This document shows, piece by piece, positions 1-11,338 of a stretch of DNA of 64,000 nucleotides (within the stretch, counting starts at the first letter, position 1; every line of letters starts with the position of its first letter). The position numbers were made by a program, and so were the translations under genes. Source of the DNA: Paramoeba atlantica (Eukaryota > Protista > Discosea); assembly GCA_977017575.1 (NCBI GenBank), contig CDRNVI010000011.1:249308-313307 (forward strand). The letters are read 5' to 3'. The notes beneath the pieces were generated by a model. It searched no databases. It was not told the DNA's origin and saw only the letters and a list, made by a program, of their open reading frames with translations.

Positions 1-66
1 CTAGGTAATTTTATCAGCTTTCACATAGTTCGTCATGTTCATATATTTCAGTCATTTTTCAACCTA

Positions 67-1091
67 ATGAATTCCGTGGAAGGACCCTTAACCTCTTGGA
101 TTAAGGCAACACCCCCAAAGCCACAGGTAGGTAATCCAACAATGTTGATTACAAATGAGCGCAATGTCCACGCTTCTTTAGATATCCACGTGAAAGAGAA
201 AAGGGGACGAACTGAGCTTAATATATACGAGAAGCGCGAAATCTGCCGATCGACTCTCTCGGTAAAAAGAATCCGAGAAAAATACGGAATTTCGCGAAGC
301 GGAGTATATGAAATCCGTAGCCACGGTATGAGCTACTTTCAAAAACTCATTGATCGTTCCATGGGGAGCAACCACAGGAGACTCCTCCCACCCTGGTTGA
401 TACGTGGAAAAAATTTCGACGTCCCAAAAGCTGTCTTACCACGCACGCGGTGGATCAGCTCTGCCAAAACGTAATGGAGGTATATCGGGAATTGCCTAAT
501 GCAGACAGGCATCTCATGTTCCTAAATACCGGACAGACGCAGTTGATGTTAGGCCTGGGCCGCGAGCCAAAACAGCATATTACATCGGTTCGTCGAATAG
601 CCGCGGCTTTAATTTTTAATGGGCATTTTATCCTTGTCAATTTCCAGAGGTTTGGGCTAACTGTTTTCGACAGTTACGAAACATATTGTCCCTCTGCTCG
701 ATCTGATTTTCTGAACAGCATCATGATTCACATGCGTCCGCTGATAGGTTTCTCTGCGGAGATGAAGATTAAATACGCCGCAGTGCCGCAACAGCAACCA
801 ATGACGAATGAATGCGGGCTCCATTTGGTAAACAATCTGTGTAACTTGCTTTTTTTAGTTCCCGTGGAGAACAAGCTCACACGCAAAAATATCTCAAAAA
901 CATGGCGACCATGCGTTCCCGGTGCTCTGTCTAATCGTCCTGCCCTCACTGAAGAGCTTCACGATGAGGAAATAATTGACACTCAAGATTGTTTGGGGCA
1001 ACTAATGCTTCATCCAGACAATGACCGCGGGGACATGGACACAGAGGGGTGGGATCAGTCAGTAGCGTATGATGATACTTTTGAATTGTAA
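67..1091 (+). pseudogene. Frameshifted HTH + Ulp1/C48-like cysteine protease ORF, probably transposon cargo
   Basis: ORF 67-474 has an HTH-like segment (ELNIYEKREICR...EKYGISRSGVYEIR). Overlapping ORF 450-1091 has Ulp1-type catalytic motifs GHFILV, VFDSY and PQQQPMTNECGLHL. The frames join around VLPRTRW / DQLCQNVM. Confidence 0.6.
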
Positions 1092-1593
1092 AAGGGCTGT
1101 TATTTTATTTTGTTGTGATAAGTTTACGTGGGTTTTTTTACGTGAGCTCTTAACGTTGGTCTTGTTTTTTCCCGTCGTGAACGTAAGTTCTTTCTTTCCA
1201 CCTTTAGTTCATTTGCGTGAAACTTTGTATGAGTAGGAAGTTTGGGCTCGATTTTTACGTTAGAACATCTACAATTTAACTGAATGGAACCTTTATAGCT
1301 ACACGGAATATAGAGCTGAATGTGAGCATGCATGATTTTTTGCTTGTTGTTAATTTTTTATTCCTAATTATAGTGTACATCAATAATGTATATCCTCCAT
1401 GTACCCTTCACCCTTATGAAGAAGTGCCCCTTCACCCCTCATTGACGCCCTCCTCCCCCGCCCTCTTCCTCTGCTCTCCTCGCCCTCTCTCCTGGACATG
1501 GATTTTACAAATTTGATTTTTTGTCGTATTATAAGTAAAAAAGGTGCCGTGAAGCGGCGCCGAATTTTTTTTCACACCCCTTTCATCGCCCCC

Positions 1594-1650
1594 CCCCTTT
1601 ATTATGGACAAAAGCCGAAAAAGTGTCCATATTAAAGGGGGAGGTCACAG
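1594..1650. repeat. Hairpin plus probable right TIR (..GGGGGAGGTCACAG|TA) of a TA-targeting DNA transposon
   Basis: Palindrome CCCCCTTTATTATGGACA...TGTCCATATTAAAGGGGG ends in CACAG followed by TA, resembling the end at 12505. The left partner is not visible in the window. Confidence 0.35.
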
Positions 1651-1814
1651 TACCATCACATCACATGAAATTCCAATTTCTACCCCTCTCCAGGTTCACT
1701 AGATTCACATCCATAAGTGATTATAATTATAAATATAAATTCAAAAAAATTATAATTTATACTTATAATTACTTGTGTAGGGGGGAGTAGTGTAAATTTG
1801 AGTTTACAGTAAGT

Positions 1815-2525
1815 ATGTCTCTTCAAAACTTGGTTTACGAAGGCCTCCAGCGAGGAAGAGCACGAAATATCCCTATGCCTGTAGAATATGACTTGATACG
1901 CATGCTACAGAATATTACTAGCCCAGATCCTTTGTACAATACGAGTCTTTCTTCCTGTGAGTGGGAATTCGCTTCATGTGATGAAGAGCGTAATGTCGTT
2001 AGCGTAGATCTCGAGAATCACAGACTTGAGGGGGAAATAAACTGGAAGCATGCTCCAACGACTATCGAGGGGTTCTATATTGGCAGGAATCTTCTCCGAG
2101 GAAGTATTGCGCTCGCTATTATGCCCCCACAACTCGAAGTATTAAACGCACGAGATAACTGTTTGACAGGAACTATTCAGTTTTCCGAAGCACCTCGATC
2201 AATTAAACACATTCTATTAGATCACAACTTGCTATCCGGAGAGATTCGACTTCGCGGTTTGCCGCAAACTTTTGAAGTATTGGACGTTTCTCATAACACT
2301 CTGACCGGAGCACTAGATTTCTATAATTTTCCATCCACTCTTCGTGTGTTACGTCTGAACGATAATTTATTTACCGGTTCTGTTGAACTGGATTTCTTTC
2401 CCGACCAAATTGAAGAAGTATATCTTCATAACAATCCGAATCTAGAGGGCGACTGGTTTTGGCTAAAAATTCCAATGTCGATAAAGGATTGGAAATGGGA
2501 AAATACTAAAATTGTAGAATTCTAG
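1815..2525 (+). CDS. Leucine-rich repeat protein (236 aa)
   Basis: Cap motif CEWEFASC followed by about six LxxLxLxxNxLxGxI repeats; paralogue of 12665-13267. Confidence 0.8.
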   Translation: MSLQNLVYEGLQRGRARNIPMPVEYDLIRMLQNITSPDPLYNTSLSSCEWEFASCDEERNVVSVDLENHRLEGEINWKHAPTTIEGFYIGRNLLRGSIALAIMPPQLEVLNARDNCLTGTIQFSEAPRSIKHILLDHNLLSGEIRLRGLPQTFEVLDVSHNTLTGALDFYNFPSTLRVLRLNDNLFTGSVELDFFPDQIEEVYLHNNPNLEGDWFWLKIPMSIKDWKWENTKIVEF

Positions 2526-2681
2526 AAAGTCGATACACGGGGAGCTACGGCCTAAAATTCTGAAACAGCCCTAAACAGTGGTTTTTTTTCAGTATGTAAG
2601 TTTTAAGTTGTTTCAGCAAAATAACTTATTAGTGCGATTCTGGAAAAGCTTTTTTATTTAACAATGATCCAGCGATACTAA

Positions 2682-3994
2682 GAGGGGGGGCCACCGCCAA
2701 TGCGACACTGCCATATTCTGCCGATCGCAGGGGTTTCGTCCTTTTGAGGCGTACTTTATTTTTGGAACCTGCCCCGCGCCGCGAAGCGGCGCGCTTCTTT
2801 TGTGTGGAAAGCTTTTTTTGATTTGGTGCTTATATGCCCCTCCAGTAATAGAATCGATTTTGGATCAAAATGGATCAAATCCTTATTACTGAGGGGGCAT
2901 ACTTTTTGGGAGAGAAAGGTGCTTTTTTGTTCATGAGTGCGTTGATTTTCAGTCCATCCAACCCCGCAACCACGCTCCACATTCGCTCCCTTGCAACCGC
3001 CCTCACCCCGCCCAAATACCCCCACCCGCCCAAACACCTACTGGACATTAAACGGGACATTAAACGCGGTGGTTGTTTTCAACGTAGAAGTCACTCATGC
3101 TGCGTGCTTCGAGTTGAAAACTACCCCCGCGTTTAATGAAGCGACTAAAAAAGAAAAATTGCCAAAAAGATCACGAATAATACAATTTTTTGGGTGAAAA
3201 TGCCCGATTTTTGGGCCAAAAAAGCGAAATTTTGACCCAAATTTGGGCTGCTTTTGATGCCTTACCAGTAGGGGTAGGAGGCGCACCTGACGAAAAAACC
3301 GTCGTAGAATGGTAGCCCAAACTCTTAAAATATGTTTTAGGAGTCGATTTAGGAAAAATAATATTTTTACTTTTCTTTTGGATTTTTTTTGGAATTTCGA
3401 ACTTGTCGGGCCCCTCCTACGCGTACCAGGGGGGTTCACCCCCAAGTGGGGGGGGGGGGGGGGGAATTATCGCCGCGGCGTACTCTAACACTTCCCTTCG
3501 CTGGATTTCGAAACATAAGATTTTTAAAGAGCATATGCCCCCCCTCGACCCCCCATTTTTTTCAACTTTGTTTTTCAATGTTTGGACCTACGACGACTAT
3601 GTTGTATGCCAGGTGACGCTTCGCGAGGAAGGGCTTGCAAAGTCAATCCTCGACCTCATCACGTATCATGGTGTGTGGCTTGGTGTACATGAAAAAAAAA
3701 TCATGTGGTGAAGTAAGCTCTCGAACTACAATCAAAACAAGGCAAATACTAAAAATTTAAGACTTTTAACACACATCTAACATAATTTTCGTACATTTTT
3801 AGCAAAGAACATTTTTTTAGCACAAAGTACATGCTGGATGTCACGCTTAAGTAACTGAGGACTTACGCCGCGAAGCGGCACCGATTTTTTTTTCACATGG
3901 GACTTTTTTTCTCCGCTGCAGTCCTCGTTAACAGCAGATTATTGCCCATTTCTGCCATATTCTGCCGATCACCACAGACGCGTGGCCCCCCCTC
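2682..3994. mobile_element. Non-autonomous TIR element with TAA target duplication (PIF/Harbinger-like)
   Basis: 13-bp TIR GAGGGGGGGCCAC / GTGGCCCCCCCTC, flanked by TAA at 2679-2681 and 3995-3997 in a C-TAA-G context. GCCATATTCTGCCGATC is repeated near both ends. A related left end occurs at ~19455. Confidence 0.65.
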
Positions 3995-5047
3995 TAAGAT
4001 AGCCTACTGGTCACAATCCAGTTGTTTAATTTTCTATGCGACAATCGTTTTATATACAAACGTTCAGCTTTTCTAGAGTAGTAACTCTCATTTATTTAAT
4101 AATTTTCAATACTTTTGTTGATTTATGTTTTACACAAGAACATTTGTGGGTTCTACCATACCGAGAGTAACTCGATTTAGTACGTCTTTTCCGATCACTT
4201 CTTCTAGGCACTTGCGATGCATTCTGTTAAATTCCTCGAGTACAAGTCCACTGTGTACGTATCTGACTCCAGCGCGTGTAATTCTGCAAAGCACTCCTTT
4301 TCTCGCAATAGACGGTCTTACAACTGCAATTTGTGCCGGACCGGCAACTTCTCCTCTGATGACCTCATCGAGCGTTCTTCTTACTTTAATGTCTCTTCTC
4401 AATGAGTTGGGTCCCATTATGTTTTGCAGAATCTTATCAATGTTAAGCACATGTTATACAAAACAATTAAACGTATATGGCATCTAATTTATGAGGGGCG
4501 GGGGTGTAGGCTTCCGGTGGGCCAGTGGAAAAATTAATCTTACTGCAATAATTTATCTTCTTGTGAACAGGGCATCGGTTTTTTGACAAGAGGAAAATAT
4601 ATTACATAAAACAATTACATTAAAAAAGTACATTCTTGCTGTCCCATTTTTACTTAGATTAACCCCTTTATTCTTCTATTTTGAAAGCATTGAAAACCCT
4701 ATGTATACTGAAAAAAAGATTGATGATGCGATTAAAAGGGACATAAGACAAAAAGTGGGGAAAAATATTCGTCGCATTCTATTGACGATGAAAGCACCAA
4801 GAATGCCTTTCAAAAATGTCTCTCAAAAAAAAAAGAATGTCTTCATTAACATTTGGTGTGTCACAGAGAATATTTTTTTCTATCAATCTTGAGTATGATC
4901 ATTTATCTTAAGTACGGCGTGCTTTTGTGCTAGTATAGAAGACGCTTACAGGTGATTCTTTCCAGCGGGAGGTACATGTATGTATTACACTAACGTAGTA
5001 AATAAAACATTTTTCTAAATCATTACGTTATCATTCCAATAGCCTCC

Positions 5048-7324
5048 ATGAAAGAAGATAACTCGTGCGATTTGTTGGGAGACTTTAAAGCGGAAGCTGC
5101 TTCTCTTTCCCGCGGAGCAGTTGCGACTGCAGAAGGTGTGCAGTTGCACGATCTGATATCTGCGGTAGAAATTCTTGATCCGCGGACGGACAGCAATGTT
5201 TCCTACCAAAAGGTGAAAACATTGAGGTTACTTCAATTGAGTGGGGACATTCTTACTTACGACGAATTGAGTGGTATATCTCATCAAGATATGCAATCGT
5301 TTGTGCAGAATATGCTGGGGCTCGAAGTGCAGTGGTTAGAGGGTCGGTCCTTACCGCAAACAGTATACACCTGTCCGTATCTTTTTCGAATGGATGACTT
5401 TAGACGTGTTTGTCCCATTTTACATGCTTACCTTCGTGGTGTTCTTCGCTTTCTTCTACTTACATTGGAAACTTTAATGCGAGCAGACGTTCGTGAGGAC
5501 GATGAGTTTCCTGTATATACCTTCGGATTTGATCTCTTACACAATGATACGACTGAAAACGTCCTAGAAGCGCTCGATGAGGCTGCCAAGTTGTTAGAAA
5601 AACAAGGGGCATCACTACAACTGATTGCGTACTTTAGCTTGCATTCATCATTCATACGCTTACTCAACGAGTTGCCCCCTCGCAAAGTTTGTCCTTCCAC
5701 ATCAATTTCACAAACTCTGGAAAGCATTTCCAACTGCCTAAGCTTACTTCGCAGTACCGACGTGCGTACAGAGGCTTCGGTAAAAATGTTCCACCCCGTA
5801 ACTCTCAAATGGGTTGCCACTTTAACTCCTTTGCGTGTGCTAAAGCCACTGGAAAGAAATGACATTTTTCTCTACCTTCAAAAGATTGTTTCGGATATTG
5901 AAATCATACTATATTATACTAATTTCCTCCGGAAAGATCTTGCAGAGTACTTCACTTTCGTTTTGAGTTTCAGTTCCCGTCAACCTTGCCTTTTAGCGCG
6001 CTCACTGCTCATGCTTCTGACTTACGACCCGGAGAAAGAAATTTTTTTGAGCATTGCACCGATGATAAGTTGTGTTCAGTCTATGTTGACCGACACTTAT
6101 GGTTGCCCTACTATTGCGGCAGTTATTCAAGGCGAGACGAAAACTCTTCATGCAGTCTGCGAATATCGCAATCAAAGGATTCGAGACTTTAAAAAACATT
6201 CTGCACGAACTCCGCCTCAGGAATTGCTGGATATAAACCTAGAGAAGCAAATTATTTCAGCACAGGTAAGTGAAGTCGTTCACCTCATCGGGAGATTTTT
6301 TCTACATTTCATGTACTGTTCTCTTCATAATCGTGCAAAGTATCGACGGCGCCTTGCCAATCTATTTCCTGAGCTAGCAGGCCTGCAACAAAAAGCGTGG
6401 GACATTGACACCACCGTATTAGGAGGTGGCATGCTATGCGTTGAGCATTCTCAAAACATTGGAAAGGGTATGTCCGATGGCAATTCATGCGAACAGTGCG
6501 CTTCAGTACAGCAAGCTGCGGTTCTGTCGGCTTTAGTGGTTGATCTTTCTACAAGGTTGATGATGGAATATCTTATCCTTGGAATCGAATTGCAGCTTTT
6601 CGCTAATGAAGAGCTGAATTTTGTGTTTTCATACATGGATTATATTTTGGCACACATGTGTGAGTTTTCTACGACTCTCTACCGAATTCGTGAGCTCATT
6701 CCGAGGAGTCCTAAAGCGATGAGACTTTTTTCCCCGATCGTTAGGGAAAGGAAGCTATGTTTCCCTACACCAACTGTTGCGCTCCGAGTAGACGTTCAGC
6801 GTATAGCTCTGAATGCAGTGTTGAAGTTACACTTCTATTTGCAGCGCAGTGGAATTCTTGCACCTACCATAAAAAAGTCACTTTCTTCCCTTGAAATGAA
6901 ATATAAGCATCGTTTTGGCCCCTTTGAATACCTCCTTCGTCCCTCCTATTTTTCATACGCTTCCTATCAAATAGCACTACTAAACATACAAGAGGTGGGA
7001 CAAGAAAAGTTGCTTGAACGGACGCTCTCTCTCTTCTTTCAGGCGTTAGAGCGGTTGGAAGATGTAACTAGCACCGTACGATCTCACCAGAATTCTGATC
7101 CACTATTTCTCGAACAAAGCGATTCCTTGAAGGCGGCCATAAAAAACAACATAGTCTGCGGCAAACTACTTAATACCTTATCGAAATCTGGGCAGACATC
7201 GCAGTGGGAGGCCACACTCGAGGTCCCTCCATCGGATGCTTTTTCCCGAGCTTGCCAAGGCCCACGAGAAAGCATGTCAAGGCAGATACCCCAGTATCGT
7301 CTATCTAGAAAAATTGAAGCGTAA
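5048..7324 (+). CDS. NAA35: NatC N-acetyltransferase auxiliary subunit Mak10/Naa35
   Basis: 758-aa ORF with Mak10 motifs DLISAVEILDPRTDS, WLEGRSLPQTVYTCPYL, EDDEF, HNRAKYRRRL and KYKHRFGPF. Confidence 0.85.
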   Translation: MKEDNSCDLLGDFKAEAASLSRGAVATAEGVQLHDLISAVEILDPRTDSNVSYQKVKTLRLLQLSGDILTYDELSGISHQDMQSFVQNMLGLEVQWLEGRSLPQTVYTCPYLFRMDDFRRVCPILHAYLRGVLRFLLLTLETLMRADVREDDEFPVYTFGFDLLHNDTTENVLEALDEAAKLLEKQGASLQLIAYFSLHSSFIRLLNELPPRKVCPSTSISQTLESISNCLSLLRSTDVRTEASVKMFHPVTLKWVATLTPLRVLKPLERNDIFLYLQKIVSDIEIILYYTNFLRKDLAEYFTFVLSFSSRQPCLLARSLLMLLTYDPEKEIFLSIAPMISCVQSMLTDTYGCPTIAAVIQGETKTLHAVCEYRNQRIRDFKKHSARTPPQELLDINLEKQIISAQVSEVVHLIGRFFLHFMYCSLHNRAKYRRRLANLFPELAGLQQKAWDIDTTVLGGGMLCVEHSQNIGKGMSDGNSCEQCASVQQAAVLSALVVDLSTRLMMEYLILGIELQLFANEELNFVFSYMDYILAHMCEFSTTLYRIRELIPRSPKAMRLFSPIVRERKLCFPTPTVALRVDVQRIALNAVLKLHFYLQRSGILAPTIKKSLSSLEMKYKHRFGPFEYLLRPSYFSYASYQIALLNIQEVGQEKLLERTLSLFFQALERLEDVTSTVRSHQNSDPLFLEQSDSLKAAIKNNIVCGKLLNTLSKSGQTSQWEATLEVPPSDAFSRACQGPRESMSRQIPQYRLSRKIEA

Positions 7325-7713
7325 GTGTACGTCTTCTAATCTACAGATAACTAGATTGCAATGGACTGAAAACGAAATTATAGCACAAGAGTTTAATTTT
7401 GCATTTTTCTCCCATCTCCGAATGCGTTACAATCCTTCGTTTGTTAACTTCCACAACAACATTGGGTTCTAATATTTGCTTTAGTATTAATATTTGCTTT
7501 AGTATTAGTCTGAGAATTAACCTCGCACGCCAGTGATATAGCAGCCACCCACACTTACAACCTTCTCCCACTACTTGTCACTTTCTCCCCTTTTTTCCTC
7601 CACAACCCGCTTTCCTTTTCTGAAAAATATCATATTCTCTTCAAAAAAATATTTTTATTAAACGATTTTAGCAAACGAAAGAAATCTTTTCTTAATCTCT
7701 CTCCCCCCTTCCC

Positions 7714-8490
7714 ATGTCCCGGTACGACTCGCGCACCACCATGTTCTCCCCCGAGGGGCGGGTCTACCAAGTGGAGTACGCGCTACAATCCATCGAGCAC
7801 GCAGGCTGTGCGATCACGGTCGTCTCCCCCCACCACGGGGTAGCCTTCGTCGCGGAGAAGCGCCTCCCGTCCCCGTTGCTGGACCGCGACCGCAGTGCCC
7901 TCTCCGGGGATAAGATATTTATGTTGGATGACCACCTTGCGCTGGTGGTGGCCGGGATGACGAGTGATAGCTACCTACTCGTGGAGTACGCCCGCCGGGT
8001 GGCGCAGTCCCACCGCGCTACCTACCATGAGGGGATCACAGTGGATGCTATGGCCCAGCGTGTGGCGGATTTAAAACAGAGCTACACGCAGTACGGTGGG
8101 CTGCGGCCATTTGGGGTGTCGTTTCTGTTGGCTGGGTATGATGAGGTGGGGGGGTTTCAGTTGTTCTGTACGGAGCCCAGTGGGAACTACTCCGCGTGGA
8201 GAGCCCATGCGATTGGGAATGGCAGCACCACGGCGCAGAGTGTGCTGAAAGGGGAGTGGAGGGAGGAGATGAGTTTGCAGGAGGGTGTGCAGATCGCGTT
8301 GAAGGCGGTTTCTCGAGTGTTGGATGTGGCGGCTCTGTCGGAGGATAAGGTCGAGGTCAGTACGCTTTCCTTTGAAAATACGAGTGGGGCTCCTGAACTG
8401 AGGTTCCGAATGATTCAAGGAGGGGCATTGGACGAGTACATTGCTGCAGGGAAACTACACGGAACAGAAGAAATCGGAAATACCAGATAA
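7714..8490 (+). CDS. PSMA4: 20S proteasome subunit alpha-3
   Basis: MSRYDSRTTMFSPEGRVYQVEYA alpha signature; SYTQYGGLRPFGVSFL and PSGNYSAWRAHAIG are diagnostic of alpha-3/Pre9. Confidence 0.95.
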   Translation: MSRYDSRTTMFSPEGRVYQVEYALQSIEHAGCAITVVSPHHGVAFVAEKRLPSPLLDRDRSALSGDKIFMLDDHLALVVAGMTSDSYLLVEYARRVAQSHRATYHEGITVDAMAQRVADLKQSYTQYGGLRPFGVSFLLAGYDEVGGFQLFCTEPSGNYSAWRAHAIGNGSTTAQSVLKGEWREEMSLQEGVQIALKAVSRVLDVAALSEDKVEVSTLSFENTSGAPELRFRMIQGGALDEYIAAGKLHGTEEIGNTR

Positions 8491-8889
8491 TGGCATGCAG
8501 CAAAAATGTCATTCAGTTTATTTTTGATTGTATTCAACATATTTATGGTAAGTTCGCTAGCCGTGTTTGTTGTTGCTGCATTTTTTTAGTAACATACAAC
8601 GCATTCTTTAATTCATTCGGTTGCCCTTTTGTAGACTCCGTATTTCTCGACTTGGCGCCGATTTTTTTGCAAAGATTATACATGTGCGTTGGCCGACAAT
8701 TTTCTCTTTTATTTAGTAGGCCAAGTACTCCATCGTATGCGTTGTCTTCTGTCTATTTTTAGGTAACCAAAAGTGGGGTCAGATACGTAGTACTGTATGC
8801 CGTTATGTGTGCCAACATTTTAACCCAACTGATCTCACAATTTTCGGTTTGAAAGTACACTTTGGAATCTACCCTAAATACTTTTTACC

Positions 8890-9771
8890 ATGTCCGTTGA
8901 TGAAGCTCATGCGATCACGCAAAAAGCAGAAAAAACCGTAAAAACGTTTTCTCTTTTTGGTGGCACTTCCAAGTACGAAAAGGCCAGAACGTTGTTCAAC
9001 ACCGCCGCGAATCTCTATAAGGCTGCGGGAAATTGGTCCGATGCGGCTGAGTCGTACACGCGTGCCTACGACATGGCTGCCAAGCTCAATGAGGAGCACT
9101 CCATTGTAGAAGATCTTCGAAACGCGGCTCGCATGTATCACTTAAGTAGCGACCCGCGGGCCCTGCGCTATCTGGAAAAGGCCTCGGAGCTACTTTTGGC
9201 GCGTGGGCGGAATGGGCCTGCCGCTAAGCTGTGCACCACCGCCGGGGAGACGTGCGAGCTCCAAAGCGACACGACGGGGGCTGTAGATTGGTATCAGCGA
9301 AGTTCGAAACTATGGCACCGGGAGGGTAGCGCAAGGACGGCGGACGAAATCTCTCTTCGTGCTTCACGACTCCTCGCGCTCTCCGGGGAATACCGCCAAG
9401 CTCTGGAGATTTACGAGAAAGTGGGAAAGACGTATGCTAAGGATAGGGTACTTCGCGGGTGTGCGAGAAGGGAACTTTTGCTGGCGGGTTTGTGCCATTT
9501 GGCGCTCATCCGTCCATTAAATAAGGAGGAAGGGGTGTCATCTTTCTACGAGACTTTGCGATATTATGAGCGTCTTGATTCATTCTTTACCCAACAGTCA
9601 TGGGAACACCGAATTCTATCTCAAATTGCGCAGGCTTTTCAGGAAGAGAGTTTGGAATTGTTTGATATGAGTATTCAAAATTACAAAGAGGTACATCCCT
9701 TGGATGAGGTGCGCACGAAGCTTCTTCTTCACATACGGAACGTTTTAGAGTTGTCTGGCTGCGAGCTGTGA
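8890..9771 (+). CDS. NAPA: Alpha-soluble NSF attachment protein (Sec17/alpha-SNAP)
   Basis: 293 aa; AEKTVKTFSLFGGTSKYEKARTLFNTAANLYK and TPR-like helices, with D..F...WE.R and LD-type C-terminal motifs. Confidence 0.85.
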   Translation: MSVDEAHAITQKAEKTVKTFSLFGGTSKYEKARTLFNTAANLYKAAGNWSDAAESYTRAYDMAAKLNEEHSIVEDLRNAARMYHLSSDPRALRYLEKASELLLARGRNGPAAKLCTTAGETCELQSDTTGAVDWYQRSSKLWHREGSARTADEISLRASRLLALSGEYRQALEIYEKVGKTYAKDRVLRGCARRELLLAGLCHLALIRPLNKEEGVSSFYETLRYYERLDSFFTQQSWEHRILSQIAQAFQEESLELFDMSIQNYKEVHPLDEVRTKLLLHIRNVLELSGCEL

Positions 9772-10251
9772 CTCACAGCCTGTGAGATGCCTTGGATTTG
9801 TACAAGTTTTACTCCCATTCCTCAGTTATAAATAATGTATTATTGAGGGAGATACTATCTGGCTACCCAGTATTAATAAAATTTGACCCGAAATTTGGCC
9901 CGAAAAAAATTTTCCCGGAAAAGATTTTTTTCGCAAAATACCAAAGGCAGCACCATAAACAGATAGTTTTAGGAAAGAAAAGCGCACCTTTTGGACGACT
10001 CGAGACCCCCTTCTTCGGAAGCGATTGGCAAACTCCAATTCCCCACGTATTCGTTTTTCAACTTGAAGGGGTACGCAAGACCATAGAGGAAGGAGGAAGC
10101 GCAAGGCAAAAAGCAGAAGGCGGAGCCTTCTGCCTTTTGGCCGCAGAGACGACGACTTCCTCGCGCGGGAAGCTGTAAGGAGTCTTAGGGAACATGTTTT
10201 TACTATGTAACCTATGGTAGTGGACGAACCTAGTGTAGAGTAGGTAGTGGA

Positions 10252-10425
10252 ACCTAAGTGGACGAGGGTGATACCAATAGTGTGGGTGCGGCAGTTTCCA
10301 CAGGAAAAACGGTATCTCCCTTATGGCATGAAGAAAAGCGCCTAAAAAGGTAGAGATGCCGTTTGTCCTGTGGAAACTGCCGCACACACACTATTGGTAT
10401 CTCCCTCGTCCACTTTACCCTAGGT
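10252..10425. mobile_element. Fold-back MITE (AAGTGGACGAGG terminal family)
   Basis: Arms AAGTGGACGAGGGTGATACCAATAGTGTG..GCGGCAGTTTCCACAGGA and their reverse complement. The termini resemble those at 42963, 57634 and 59654. Confidence 0.65.
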
Positions 10426-10500
10426 ACATTATACTGTACTAGTAATCTACATAATAAATTCATAATAATACATGTGTGTAAATACCTTCGCACTAATCAT

Positions 10501-10810
10501 TGGGATTTTTAGGCTCTTCGTTAAACGCGGTGGTTGTTTTCAACATAGAAGTCACTCATGATACGCGCTTCGCGTTGAAAACTACCTCCGCGTTTAACGA
10601 AGAGCCTAAAAAAGGAAAATCGCCAAAAGATCAGGAGTAATCTATTTTCCTGGGTAAAAAAGCTCGATTTTTCGGCGAACATTGCGAAATTTTAACCCGA
10701 ATTTGGACCGTTTTTGATGCCTTACCAGTACGGGCCGGAGGCGAATCTGTCAAAAAACGTCGTTGAATGGATGTATCCCCCTGGACCCCCGTGGACCACC
10801 AATTTATTTG
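10501..10810. repeat. Dispersed repeat homologous to the internal module 3050-3370
   Basis: Shares the palindrome AAACGCGGTGGTTGTTTTCAAC...GTTGAAAACTACC.CCGCGTTT and the downstream GATGCCTTACCAGTA. Confidence 0.7.
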
Positions 10811-11338
10811 AATTTTTTTTTTCAGTTTTGGACTACCGGAGCTCCTTTTATATTTTTTTCTTCTATTGTATTACTGCGTTTCTCTTTATATTTTCACTGT
10901 TTTTGTTGACTTTTTTTTCAATAATCGAGGGTAGAGCGGTAGTTATACAACCACCGCAATAAGCAACGCTCATATTGGACTGCGAGTTCACTTTTATGAA
11001 CTCTTCTCTTGGCAAATGATATTAATACTATTTTTGCGAGACCTACGACAAAAATTCAATGTTTTTCACAAACTCTCCAGCTTTCCCAGTGTTTTAAGCC
11101 GTTTTGAGTGCCTTACCAGTATCGGTTGGCTGGGTATCTCATCGAAAAGGCTCAATTTCGGGAGCAGCAAGTGGAACACGGGAGCAGCAAGAGGAACTAA
11201 CCGCTGAATGTTTTTCGGTGTTTCGGGCTTTCTTTCACTTTTTCGTGCCCTTTATCGCAAATGTAAATAATAAGTGTAAAACACACGTAATATTTACAAA
11301 CACAGTTATTCTTTGCATGCTCGTATTATTTACATGTG

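Noticed and set aside
4130-4892. Short ORFs 4130-4450 (-) and 4701-4892 (+) as genes
   Set aside because: No recognisable motifs. One is antisense to the cluster and the other is short and A-rich; cannot be supported without expression data.
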